From Hypanus sabinus (Eukaryota), in assembly GCF_030144855.1 (NCBI RefSeq), contig NC_082731.1:22134001-22198000 (forward strand): a stretch of 64,000 nucleotides of DNA. The letters run 5' to 3'. The position numbers and the translations under genes are program-made. Numbering within the stretch: the first letter of the stretch is position 1; each line of letters begins with the position of its first letter. Shown piece by piece: positions 51,650-63,260 of this stretch. The notes under the pieces are model-generated. The model was not told the DNA's origin, made no database searches, and worked only from the letters and a program-made list of their open reading frames with translations.

Positions 51650-52680
51650 TTTTACTTTATACTGTTTATAAATCTAAGGCTCTGTGACAGATGCCATTAC
51701 ACTTAACATGCACCTGGCCACAGCACATTTCTAAAAGTGGGATTTCTGTACCAGAATGTTTTTTTTCGAAATTTCAGTTGGTATTCAAATCATTTGCCAG
51801 AAGACTCCTGCTCACGGTTTAAGGTATAATATGTCAAAGATGTACATAACTCTGCTGTACTTCCTAATCAACAAACCACAGATACACAGGGTGCACAAGT
51901 GTTTCACTCTCTCCATCATCTTTAACACCGATGTAATTTAGAACTGTGTGCTGACCTTGCTGTTTTACACACGGTTCCCAAGCAAACTCATGCCGGGTTT
52001 CCTGACCAGTCATATTGTCCAGTTTGTTGAAGACATAGCAATGGTGAAACTCATTACCAAACATCAAGAAACGGCCTATAGAGAGGAGGTGCAACCACAT
52101 GCATCAGGGTGCCAGGGAATTAATGTCTTCATAAAAGTCACCAAAGCAACTGAAATGGCGTCTGACTAAATGAGAACACGGTCTACACCCACCGTTGAGA
52201 GATTCTGCAGTGGAAACTGCGAGAAAGTTTAGTAGCTAAAATGCATATCTCTCGTAACGATTAATGTCCATGAACACATCTTAAATAATCAGGAAAGCGT
52301 AATCCAGCCTATGTTGTTGTGTTTTTTTTTTTCTCTGAGGGACAGTGGAGAGTTGCATTATGCATATCTATTTACAGATGCGTATTTGCGAATATCCTGA
52401 CTTGCTGCACAATGCCTTGGCCAAAACAGCTCCGCAGGGGGCAGGGAGGCTCTATACCAAACAGTCAAAACCTTCCAAAGCATACTCAGCACCAGCTATC
52501 ACGCCATCAAAGACATCGATAGAGAAAAATGCCCGAAAACGTATAATGATATCAATCAGGAAACAACTCGTGACCGATTTGACGTACGCCCCTCAAGATG
52601 GAGGCCAGATAGCCTCCAGATCGGGTTCGCCAGACTCAAAAGTGCTTATCTTCTCCAAGGTGGAAGAGTCTGATTAAGAG
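51650..52680 (+). mobile_element. Rex1/Babar RT and C-terminal fragment, old
   Basis: FLINKPQ..., VQFVEDIAMVKLIT.HQETAYREEV (51948-52169), then QTVKTFQSIL...IKDIDREKC...RLKS. Confidence 0.65.
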
Positions 52681-53260
52681 AGTTGGATGGAGACAGAGAG
52701 AAAGATATAGTCTGTGTTAGGTAGGACGTTAAGAGAGTTTGGCGTTGAAAATTACTGAGGGTGCTGGAGTGAGTGAGCGATTAATTGATAGCGAGAGATG
52801 GAAGCAGAGAGAACAACAGAGGAAAAGAAAGAGATAAACAGGGAGACAGAGATGGACAGACAGAGAATGGAGAGAGAGATCAACAGAGAGAGAGAGAGTA
52901 AGAGAGAAATTGAGAGAGATATCAAAAGAGAGCGAGAGTGAGATAGAGGCTACAGAAAAGAACTGGAGGTCAATAAGGAGAGACAGAGAAAGGGAACAAA
53001 TCAGTGTTAAGCCAAAAGTTACGTGAGATTAGCGGCAAAAATACTAAGACTGCTGGAGCGAGATAGCATTTACTTTTGGGTGGGGAGGGAGACAAATCGA
53101 TAGAGTGAAACAGTGAAACCAGGACAGAAAGAGGGATAGAGATGAACAGAGGGAGAGGGAAGCGACGACAAACAGAGAGAGCCGACGGACAGCAGAGATA
53201 GGGGAGAGCATAAAAATTCAGAGACAAAAAAGTAACGAGAGAAGAGAGAGAATAATCAAC
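52680..53260. repeat. Degenerate (GA)-rich polypurine low-complexity tract
   Basis: About 580 bp of near-continuous G/A with interrupted GAGA/GACA units. Confidence 0.85.
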
Positions 53261-53383
53261 AAAGATAAAATGTCACTTATAACTTCAACGAAATAAATAT
53301 CAATGTATGCTGCACAGAGGAAAACAACCATCAGATGCGACTCTGCTCATACAGTGGAAAACAAGTGTACGTGTATACACAGT

Positions 53384-53384
<1 letters not shown>

Positions 53385-53464
<80 letters not shown>
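53385..53464. repeat. (CA)40 microsatellite
   Basis: Direct reading. Confidence 0.97.
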
Positions 53465-53468
<4 letters not shown>

Positions 53469-53724
53469 ATTCCGGTTTGAATGTCATCGTCTGTATCAGT
53501 CTTGCCTGTTAACATATATTTCACAAAAGAAATGTGACAGCTGAGGCTATAGATCTGACTGCGACTTTGGAAAGAATTGTGCGGTTACACGACAGATGAA
53601 TCTTCACCGACGAATGGTAAGGAAACTTCAACAGGTACTCCTGGTGGTGGGGAACCACAATCAGAAAAGGATTGTAGAGTTATATCAAACTGCATCGCTC
53701 AATGCATAGATACCACAATGAGTG

Positions 53725-53763
53725 AATTTTTGTACGAAAATAACACTAGAATACATCACTGTG
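53725..53763 (-). promoter_or_regulatory. 23-bp-spacer recombination signal sequence of V2
   Basis: Minus strand CACAGTG (53763-53757), 23-nt spacer, ACAAAAATT (53733-53725). Heptamer, nonamer and the first 8 spacer bases (ATGTATTC) are identical to V1. Confidence 0.97.
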
Positions 53764-54212
53764 TCGCTTAGGTCGCAGTAATAAACTGCAGAGTCGCTGA
53801 TTTGTAGTTTTTTTGATGTTGACGATGAACATTTTTTTCGTCTTCTCTAAATAGCCATTGAGGCGATTTTTGGCAAAATCGGCTTTATCTTCAGACCCCC
53901 CAGAATATTTGTACAGTATGTACTCGAGACCTTGTTCTGGGCTTTGCCGGTACCAATATAAATGATAGTAGTTCCATGTAGTATCGTAGGTGCATCTCAA
54001 AGTCACAGCCTCCTCTTCTCTCTTCACTACCGTTGACACTGTCTGAGTGACGGAGTTTCCCTGACTCGTATCTAAAAAATAACATCAAGAAATGAAAATG
54101 TTATATTAACGTTTTTCGAGGAATTCAGTTTCGAGCAGGGATACGAATTGTTTGTTGCGTACAAACCAGTTAAAAACTCTCCGCACACAATCCAGATGAC
54201 GAACCTCCACAT
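53764..54212 (-). pseudogene. TRAV/DV: T-cell receptor alpha/delta variable gene segment V2 with a +1 frameshift in FR3 as assembled (leader exon 54212-54167, intron 54166-54072, V exon 54071-53764)
   Basis: Leader MWRFVIWIVCGEFLT, GT-AG intron, then (D)TSQG-NSVTQ...VTLRCTYDTTWNYYHLYWYRQSPEQGLEYIL...KADFAKNRL...NIKK. An extra A in the A7 run (T7 at 53808-53814) shifts LQISDSAVYYC out of frame. The exon is 308 nt versus 307 nt for V1. After correction it is 64/97 aa identical to V1 (counted by hand). Confidence 0.9.
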
Positions 54213-54565
54213 CTGTTTTTTTTGTATAAAGGTTGGGTTGAGTGAGTTTCTCAGTAGCAAATTGTCTCCAAGCTTCAATAAGTTCCGATTCGACTGTTTA
54301 AATAGACAGTGCTTTTGACATACTGGACAGGAAATAAAATGCATCCAATGGGAACCCGGCCTCTTATTGCTCCGCCTATTGCCCCAGATGCGACACGTTA
54401 CTGCAGTTGCTCCGGATGCGACAAGGTCCTTGGTTAATGGCAGATGCACAAAAACCTCTAAGTAACCGAGGGGCACGCGATAACTGGCCAGGTCGGCACA
54501 TACAGAGAAAAGATAATATTGAGTAGATTGAGAGAGAATAGAGGAGACAGAGTGAGGATACCGGT

Positions 54566-54763
54566 NNNNNNNNNNNNNNNNNNNNNNNNNNNNNNNNNNN
54601 NNNNNNNNNNNNNNNNNNNNNNNNNNNNNNNNNNNNNNNNNNNNNNNNNNNNNNNNNNNNNNNNNNNNNNNNNNNNNNNNNNNNNNNNNNNNNNNNNNNN
54701 NNNNNNNNNNNNNNNNNNNNNNNNNNNNNNNNNNNNNNNNNNNNNNNNNNNNNNNNNNNNNNN
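54566..54763. other. Assembly gap (198 N) in the GA/CT-rich tract upstream of V2
   Basis: Run of N. Confidence 1.
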
Positions 54764-56059
54764 GACTGGAAGACTGTAAAGCCTCGTAACGCGAGAAGTG
54801 CGGTAAAACGTGAAAATTATAATAAGGAGCAGCACTTCTGCAAACGCTTTACTGGGTAGTCGGATGGGAGACGATGTTAACTTTGTCATTCAATAACATG
54901 TCTTCTTTGGTATGGACAATTAGCAAAGCAAACCAGCAGCTCCTGATTTGTAAGCAGCGCTGTCAGGATGTATATAAAAAAGGGGATCTATGTGTGGAAA
55001 GCAGGAGAAATACTGCGCTGGCGTCAAACACCATGTGGTGATGTTATACTGGTTAGAAGCAGGCACAGAAAGAGAAAATGATAATAATTACTGTTTGCCG
55101 AAGAAACGGTTTTCTTCGGACGTTAGTTCTTACAAACTTCACTGGCGTGACATCTGATAATGTAAAAAACATTGACTTCATCATGATAGTGACACCTTCA
55201 TGTGAATGTAATATTCCTGAATATGCGAGAAGGTTCTTTATCACTGTAGCCACGTTCCATGACTGAGAGATCCCTCTAACGACATTGACCTGCATCTATC
55301 CAAATTAGTTTTTTCCTGTGGCACAGTCGATGGACGTTCCAAATAAATAAACGGTGGGAAATCTAAAAGAGGACTTCTTGCCGATGTCATCAAAACAAGG
55401 GCAAATCTCAGACGGAGGTCTTTTCCTGCGATATATGTTATAAAACATAAATTCTGGGGTTTTCCGAAGGGACAAACACTGCAAAATAAAATGACTACAT
55501 CAGTCAGGAAAATCCATTCTTTACGATAGACCTATTGTCCTGTATTATTATTTCTAATTATCTCTGGTTTTCAGTTTCTGTCCTTTCGCAGTTTCCATTG
55601 CTCCTTCATTTTTTGCACATCTGTGTCTGTCTCCATGTTAGCGACAAATGCTCCTTGCTAACGGATAGTATCTGTTAATAGTCCTGTACAGAGAGTCTGT
55701 CGTTAGTCCTGAGGAGACAATCCGCGTTAAAATGCAATTAGATTGATCGTTATCAGTATGATGGATGGTTGGATAACTGGGTGCGTCATCAACATGGAAG
55801 GATATTATAAAATTAGAAGTGCGGCAGGTAACAGTGAAGCGTACGGCTGCTGCAAATATCTCTGGACCGTCAGCATAGCCCTGAGACAATCTGGGTAAAG
55901 CATATTATTTTTCACAAATCATAAAGGTCCACAGATATTGACTGTCGTCGTGCAGAGGAAACTAGAATGATCGTGTACGATTGAGACTCAGATGGCACAA
56001 CGGCCGAAATGGCATATTTCTGGTACAACAGGAGACAATCGAAGTGGAAAGCACAGAAG

Positions 56060-57630
56060 TAATGTGGGAGAAGATTAGGGACCAATTGAGCTGGGTTCAG
56101 GAGGATAGGATTGCCCCACTGAAGCAAGGAAAAAAATAGTAGGAAAAGGGAACTGTGGCTGACGGAAACGTATGAGGCAACTAAAGGTAAGAGGGAAAAT
56201 TAAGCATATGTTAGATATAAGAAGCAGGAGGCAGGAGGGATTTATCAGAAATACAGGGTAGCCAGGAAGAAGCTAAAGAAAAGACTTACAAGAGCTCGAA
56301 GGGGACATGAGAAGGCCTTGGCATGCAGGATTAAGGAGAACCCCAAGACGTTCTATGAGTAGGTGAAGAATAAGCAGATGACGAAAACTATGGTGGGAAC
56401 GCTAAAGGATGAAGAGGGCAATAAGTGCCTGGAAGCGGAAAAGTTGGGGTGGTCCTATATGAATTCTTTGCTTCAGTATTCACAGGTGAAAAGTGATCAG
56501 GCTGAAGTCGAAGCAGAGCAGGTTTGTGTGCTGGACAATGTGGAGATTAACGAACAAGAAGTGTTGAATCTTCTTAAAAAACATTAAGATTGATACATTC
56601 CCAGGTCCGGATATGATACATCTCAGGCTGTTGTGCGAATTGAGAGCAGAGATCGCAGGGACATTAACTATGATCTTTGAATCCTCTTTGACTGCAGGGG
56701 AAGTGCCGGAGGACTGGAAAATGACAAATGTAGTTCCTTTGTCTAAAAAATGTTAATAGGGAGAAATTTGGGAACTATAGACCGGTGAGTCTTACGTCGG
56801 TATTGTAACTACTGGAAAGGATTCTTAAGGACAGGATCTACGAGCCTTTAGATAAGTGCAGTCTACTCATGGATAATCAACATGGCTTTGTTAAGTGATG
56901 ATCCTGCCCCACGAGCATGGTTGAGTTTTTTGAGTAGGTAACATAATAAATTGATGAAGGTAGGGCAGTGGATTTGGTCTACCTGGACTTTAGCAAAACA
57001 TTTGACAATGTCCCTCATGAGAATCTCATTCAGAAAGTCATGAGGCATGGGATAAGTGGAACCTGGGCTGCTTCGATAAAGACTTGGCTTAAAGGATGAA
57101 AGCACAGTGTAGTTGCGGAAGGAAAATATTCTGCCTGGATGTCGGTGACTAGTGGATTGCTACATGATTTGTCCTGGAACCCCTGATATTTGTGTTTTTT
57201 TTATAAATGACCTGGATGTAGAGGCGGAAGGATCTGTGAGTGACTTTGCGGATGACACGAAGATTAGAGGAGTTGTGGATGGTCCTGTAGGTTGACCAAA
57301 GTTACAAGAGTATATTGACAGGCTGCGGAGTTGGGTAGGAAATTGTCAGATGGAGTTTAATCCGGACAAGTGTGAAGTGATGCATTTTGGAAGGACAAAC
57401 CTTAAGACTAAGTGCAGGATTAATGGTCATTTAATTAAGAGTGTTGCAGAACAATGGGACCTTAGGGATCAAATCCATGTATCGAACCCATACATCCATT
57501 GAGGTAGCTGCAGAGTTTTATAGGGCAGATAAAAAGTCCTATGGGATGCCAGGATTCATTAACAGCGGGTTTGAGGTCAAGAGTAGAGAGGACATTTTGC
57601 AACTTTGCTAATCTATGGTGAGACCACACT
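56060..57630 (+). mobile_element. CR1 LINE ORF2 fragment, decayed
   Basis: NPKTFYE*VKNK, NYRPVSLTSV, VYLDFSKTFDNVPHE, FADDTKI, QMEFNPDKCEVMHFG motifs in order. Confidence 0.9.
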
Positions 57631-60399
57631 GGTGAGTATTGTGTTCGTGAGCTTGCGACAGCTCATGTTTCAGAGTTGGTGCATCGTCCGCTGCACTGGA
57701 GGCACCAAATGAGGAAACATGTTCATATCAGGGAAACTAGTTCAAGCAATAAGGCTCAGACAATTGCAGTTGTCGTCGCGGCTGCTGGCCCAACTTTACT
57801 GGACCTCCGTGCCAAACATTGCTATTTCTGTCACAGGAATTATAGCAGACCGTAATCTAGAATTTTGGGATGGAATCCGCAATAAGAGTAAGTGTGAGGA
57901 ATGAGGAGGATCTATTTTATTTTTGTACTTTCCATTCTCCATCTTTGGTTCAGGTTTTGTTGGTTGGTGCATGTTGCCCTCTTCTTTTGTTTTACTTAGT
58001 CACACCATACTGTATTCCAAAATTCATTTGGCGTCGCTATTAATTCATTTGGTATCACCCTTCTGATAACGAAATTACTTGGTCAAGTGAGCCTCTGTAG
58101 GGCGATTCTCCGTGGCTCAGATCCTGTAAGTACGAGAAATAATGAATTATATGCTGGTATTTTTATTTTCCAGTAATACCTAGACCGACAGGGACCTCGG
58201 TTGTACTCTGGGCTCACACACACAGAAGTTCATTCGTGTTATTGCACCCAGTTGATTCGCTCATCGGACCATTGTCAGTGGATCGGCTGGCCTGTAGGTT
58301 TTCACACTTCCCATCAGCTTACCACTGGTGACTTTTCCCATTTATGAACTTGTGGTTTCCCGGCTTTATTGTCTTCAGGCTTCGAAACCGGTGCAGGTGT
58401 AGATTTTGGCCAAAGTTTGAGATATTTGTCTTTGACAAAAATCCTTTTCGCTGGTTTTCTGTCAATGGCTTTCTGCACCAGGCTGTCGCTCAAGCCAATC
58501 ACGCAGCACAGTAGTTTTGTGCTTTCGAAGTCAAACCTATGACCATTCAGAATGGCCGTTCTTCTACCGCTGGTTTCTCCGCGAAACCTGAACAGGTACA
58601 CCATTTTGTAGATGTTTCTTTCCATTTCACATGAGTTTCAGAAATTGCAAACCTGCGCAATTTTGAATTTGCGAAATGCATACATTGCAGTATACACATT
58701 TACATCACTGCTAACGTTGAAATTATTCTATTAATCATGACCACGCAAGACAATTTTATTCTTGTCCTCTTTAAACAGGTTTCTACACTGTTATTAAGAT
58801 ATTCTACTCCCTTTAATGATCTACATCCTCTCTCCGCATTACGACAGCAACTCTGACACTACTGTGTCCGGTTGCAGTCTGTTCGTCTGACATGGTCTAA
58901 GGCATATATGAAACACTTCATTCTGTTTACAAAATGAAAGCAGGTAGCTCTTGAAGTGAAGAAACAATGCAGAAAAATAATCGTTTAATTGAACTCCGCT
59001 TCCTGTCGCATTGGACTGAGCTGCTGCACAATCTAGATTTATTTCCCCTGTGCAGTATTGCCACTGTTCCCAATGCATAATGTGAAAGTAAGCTGTAAAA
59101 TGAGATATTCTATTGAATATTAAAATATTTTATTTAGCTGTTTGCCGGGATATTCATAGCTGCCGCTTGACCCAAGTGCATTGACGCCCGATATATGTTT
59201 TGTTTTGTTTTTGTTTGTTTGTTTTTCTTTTTTTTGTCGCAGCACACGCAGTGTATGCGATCGATGTAAATTGATATTAAAAATAATTTCAAACTTAGGT
59301 GAAAAGCTTTTGGATCGGAATATGATGATATGGGAGATTCTGTAACTAAGGGTGAAGTGCAATGGTTTTTCTAATTCATGCGTTCAGAAACCTCACAGTC
59401 TGAAATCTTAACAACTATTTCTATCTTACATAATGGTGAGAAAATCCATTATTCGGCCCAATTGAATTGATTTCCATTTCCTCAGAGTCTCTCTTTATGG
59501 GTATCAGGCTGCACAACACTTTTTTTGAAAATGTGAATAAAAAAGTAGCATTCTTAACGATGGTGAGCGACTCATCCAGTATCGCGAGACCAATGCCCCG
59601 CATGCCACGCCTCTCAAAATTAGTATGTGTAACTATATGGTACTTCCACCTTGATTTTACGCTGTTGCAAAGTCTGTAATTTCTTGGTAAACGATAACAT
59701 TGAATGGAGGATAGGCACACACCGTTCATCACAAATGATCGCTTCTATATCAGAATATACTATTCTCTTGCTGAGTTAAACCCGAATAATAACGAGACCT
59801 GTGCAGGTAATTGAAAGTGGTTGCTCATCGTCAGCCATGAAATACTGAGTCAGGAGGCTATTAGACAGACTTAGCTGGGCTATTATATTACGAGCCATGG
59901 TGAAAGGTTACATACAATTCCTTTGTTTGCTGTCGATGTAATGGGGCACTGTTATCGTGTGACGGAGGCACTAAATGGATTGGATCTAGAGCTGTGGAGT
60001 ACATGGTGGGAGGGAGGATTTTGCCATTGACAACTTTAAGGAATTGGTCAGGAGTAGTAAATAATGAAAACTTTAGTTATTCGAAATAAAAGAGAAAAAT
60101 GAAACATAATCAACAGGTCAGGCATCAACTTTACAACTGAGAACTCCAATTCAAAAGGAGGTAGGCGAGGAAGAAATCAGGTTCTGTGCAACCAAACATC
60201 AGGGATCGCGGGTACTGGAGACGAAACGATCTATCTACTTAAATAATATGACCATATTAGCCACACAATCCTTTATATTGTGCAATAATGACTCGATATT
60301 GCTTAACTTGTGTAGGGTAGTATACTGCCCAGCTGCAACATGGCGAACAGACTATATTATTAGAATACGAGGCAGAGCTGCTAGAAAAAAAAGACACAT

Positions 60400-61820
60400 A
60401 GCAAATATACGCACAATGCAGGGGCTTCGGCCCGCAATGCTGGGAAACCATGCACTTTATTTGGACATTATGTGTGGTTTCTCGTAGCCCTCTATTTTTC
60501 TAATCTCCATGTCCGTATCCAGGATTCTCTTAAAAGACCCGAACTTTTCCGGTTCCGTCAATTTTGCCATTAGCCCATTCCATGCACTCACCATTCTCTG
60601 TTTAATGAAATTACACCGACAGCTCCTCTGAGGCTGCTTCCAACGGCCTTCTCGTATTAAGCATTTCAGCCCTGGGAAAGAAGAAAATAGCCTCTGACTA
60701 TCCATACGATCAATGCCTCTCGTCATTTCATACACCTCTATCAGGTCAACTCGCAGCTTCCGCAGCGACAAGGAAAAAATACCGTGTTCACTGAAACAAT
60801 TTTCATAAGTCATGCATCCCAATCCAGGCAACAAACGCGTTAATCTACTTCGCACCCGTTCTAGATTTCCAGATATCCTTGCTCTAGTGAAGTGACCAGA
60901 ACTCAGCACGGTATTCCAAGTGGGTCCTGACGAGGGCCGTTTGTAGCTGTAACATGATTTTCCGGCTCTTAAATTGAATCTCACATTTGATGAAGGCCAA
61001 TGCACCGTCTGCCTTCTCAACAAGAGTGTCAATTTGCACAGCAGCTTCGAGTGGTCAATGGACTTGGATCCGTTGATCCGTCTGATCCCTGAGGTCCCAG
61101 AACAGATCCCTGAGGCACACCACCGGTTACCCACCTTCAAGCAGAATATGACCCGTTTACAGCCACTCTTTGCCATTTGTAAGCAATCCAATTCTAAATC
61201 GACAAAGCAAGGTCATCTTGGATCCCATGCCTACTTGCTATCTCAATAAGCCTTGCAATGAATACCTTATCAAATGCCCTTCTGAGATAATTATGCATCA
61301 CACATACTGTTCTGTAGTCATTGATGTGTTAGTCGCATCCTCAAAAAAATCATTCAGACTCTCTAAGTAACGACCAGCATTTGCCAGAGCCAGGGCAATC
61401 ATTTTATGCCTCTCCAAATGTTCAGAAATCCTGATTCTCAGCATCTGTTCCATCAACTTATGAACCATTGAAATAAAACTCACTGTTCTATAATTTCCTT
61501 GCGATATCTGCAACCCTCCAACCGCTCGGAATCTGTCCTGTCCCCATTGATGTTTTAAAACTCATTACCAGAGGCTCAGTAATCTGTTTCACTGCACGAT
61601 ACAATAGCATGGGTTGCTTCTCATTCAGTCCTGGAGACTTACCCAAGTTGATGCTTTCTAAAACCTCCATCACATCCTCATTTAATTTCTATATGCTCTA
61701 CCATTTCAATCTGCTGTAAGTCATCCTGACAAGAACAAATGTCCAATTTCCGGAGTGAATACTGAAGCAAAGTATTGACAAAAATCTCTGCTATCTCCTA
61801 CAGATCCATACACACTTTTC
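60400..61820 (-). mobile_element. CR1 LINE 3' half, decayed with deletions
   Basis: ORF 60457-61191 (LERVRSRLTRLLPG, VDLIEVYEMTRGIDR, VSAWNGL), NYRTVSFISMV (61298-61513), tail GGGGCTTCGGCCC near 60421. Confidence 0.85.
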
Positions 61821-62489
61821 GGCTTTCACACTTGATTGACCCTATTCTATCACGACGAATCTACTTGCGCTTCTTATAAGGTAAGTACATATTCGGTACA
61901 GCTTTGTGGGAAGCCAGGCACATAACCCATGAATACTTGCCGAATTTTTGTCGTATAATTCGCTGAGAACATCAGTTCTAAATTTATGCCTCCAAGGTCC
62001 CGCCAGATAGCCTCAAATATCCCCTTGTTTCAAGTAACTAGATTGCTAAATTGTTTGTACTGATCGCTCGCCAAGGCTTTGTTAAATAATATAGAATTAT
62101 GAACAATATCTTCAAAATGTTTTTCTACTGGAAGACCTGACACCGGTTTATTTCTCAACACCATATCATATACAACCTGTCCTCCAGGAGGCCTATCTAC
62201 ATATTGTGTCTTGTAAACTTACTGAACACTCCTAACAACTTCAACCCATCTAAACCCGTTGCTCTAGGGAGATGCCAATCATATTTGTGAAATTAAAATC
62301 TGTCACACTGACAACTCTGTTATTATTACAGCTTTCCAGAATCTCTCTCCCTGCCTTTTTCTCGATGTCCCGGTTACTATTGCTTTGTTTATATAACACC
62401 CAGTAGAGTTATGCACCCGTTCGTTTTTCTAAATTCCACCAACAGAAACTCGGTAGACAATCCCTCCGTGCCTTCCTCCTCTTCTGCAG

Positions 62490-63260
62490 CAAAAATTTCG
62501 ATGTCGAGTGGTTGAAGATGGCCTTAGAAAGGTTAGGGTCATAGGCAAATGAATGGCAGATGGAATACAATGTGATGAGTTGTACACTTACACAATTTGG
62601 TGAAAGAAATGAAATGTTTTGCTATTTTCTACACGAAGTGAGAAAAGGGAAAATATATATAAACGGAGGTGGTCAAGGATTCCCGTGTTCTTGCAGGTTA
62701 ATCCGCAGATTGCTTCTGCTGGAGCCTGTAGCATTCTTTTAAAGAGGACTAGATTGTAAAAGCGGGAAGATAATGTTGAGATTTTGTAAAGCCCTGGCAA
62801 GGCCTCACTTGTGATATAATGAGAAAGTATTGAAACCTTCTCGTCGAAAGGATGCATTGACGCTGGAGATGGTCCAAAGAAGATTTACGAAATGGATCTA
62901 TGGTTCAATTGTTTGCTCTTTAAAGAACATGTAACTATTCCATACCTGTATACACTGGGATTCAGAAGAATGGGAGGTTACTTCAGTGAAAACTATGGAA
63001 TGGTGAAATAACTTGATGGAAAGGAGATGAGAAAGAATAACTTTATCAAGCCAATGGTGAATCTACAGATTTCTTTGCCACTGAACAATGTGGAGGTTAG
63101 ATCTTCATTATAGTTAAGGAAGAGGACGATAGATTATTGATCGGTTACAGCATGAATGGATTCGAGGACCAGACAGAAGATTGGGGCTTGGAGATAATTG
63201 GATTCACTGTGATGAAATAGCGTAGCAGACTTAATGGGGAGATGACTCTGCTTCTGTATC
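62490..63260 (+). mobile_element. Old CR1 3' fragment
   Basis: WQMEYNV.SC, KALARPHL, RKDALTLEMVQRRFTK motifs. Confidence 0.65.

Larger units (their letters stand above)
53280..55620 (-). repeat. Inverted segmental duplication, copy 2 (V cassette; partner 44945-47190)
   Basis: Same collinear blocks as copy 1; carries an extra ~130 bp near 55100-55250. Confidence 0.9.

Noticed and set aside
54448-54456. Perfect nonamer ACAAAAACC upstream of V2 (another at 3096-3104)
   Set aside because: No heptamer at 12 or 23 nt spacing.
55638-55889. ORF with VH-like fragments (FTVTCRTSNF, SLYRTIN, YYPLAR)
   Set aside because: No Trp41, no second Cys, too short and no RSS.
59421-59732. ORF with CYRLP, resembling the start of a shark TCR-alpha constant domain
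   Set aside because: Only a short match; conserved C1 residues and supporting exons are absent.
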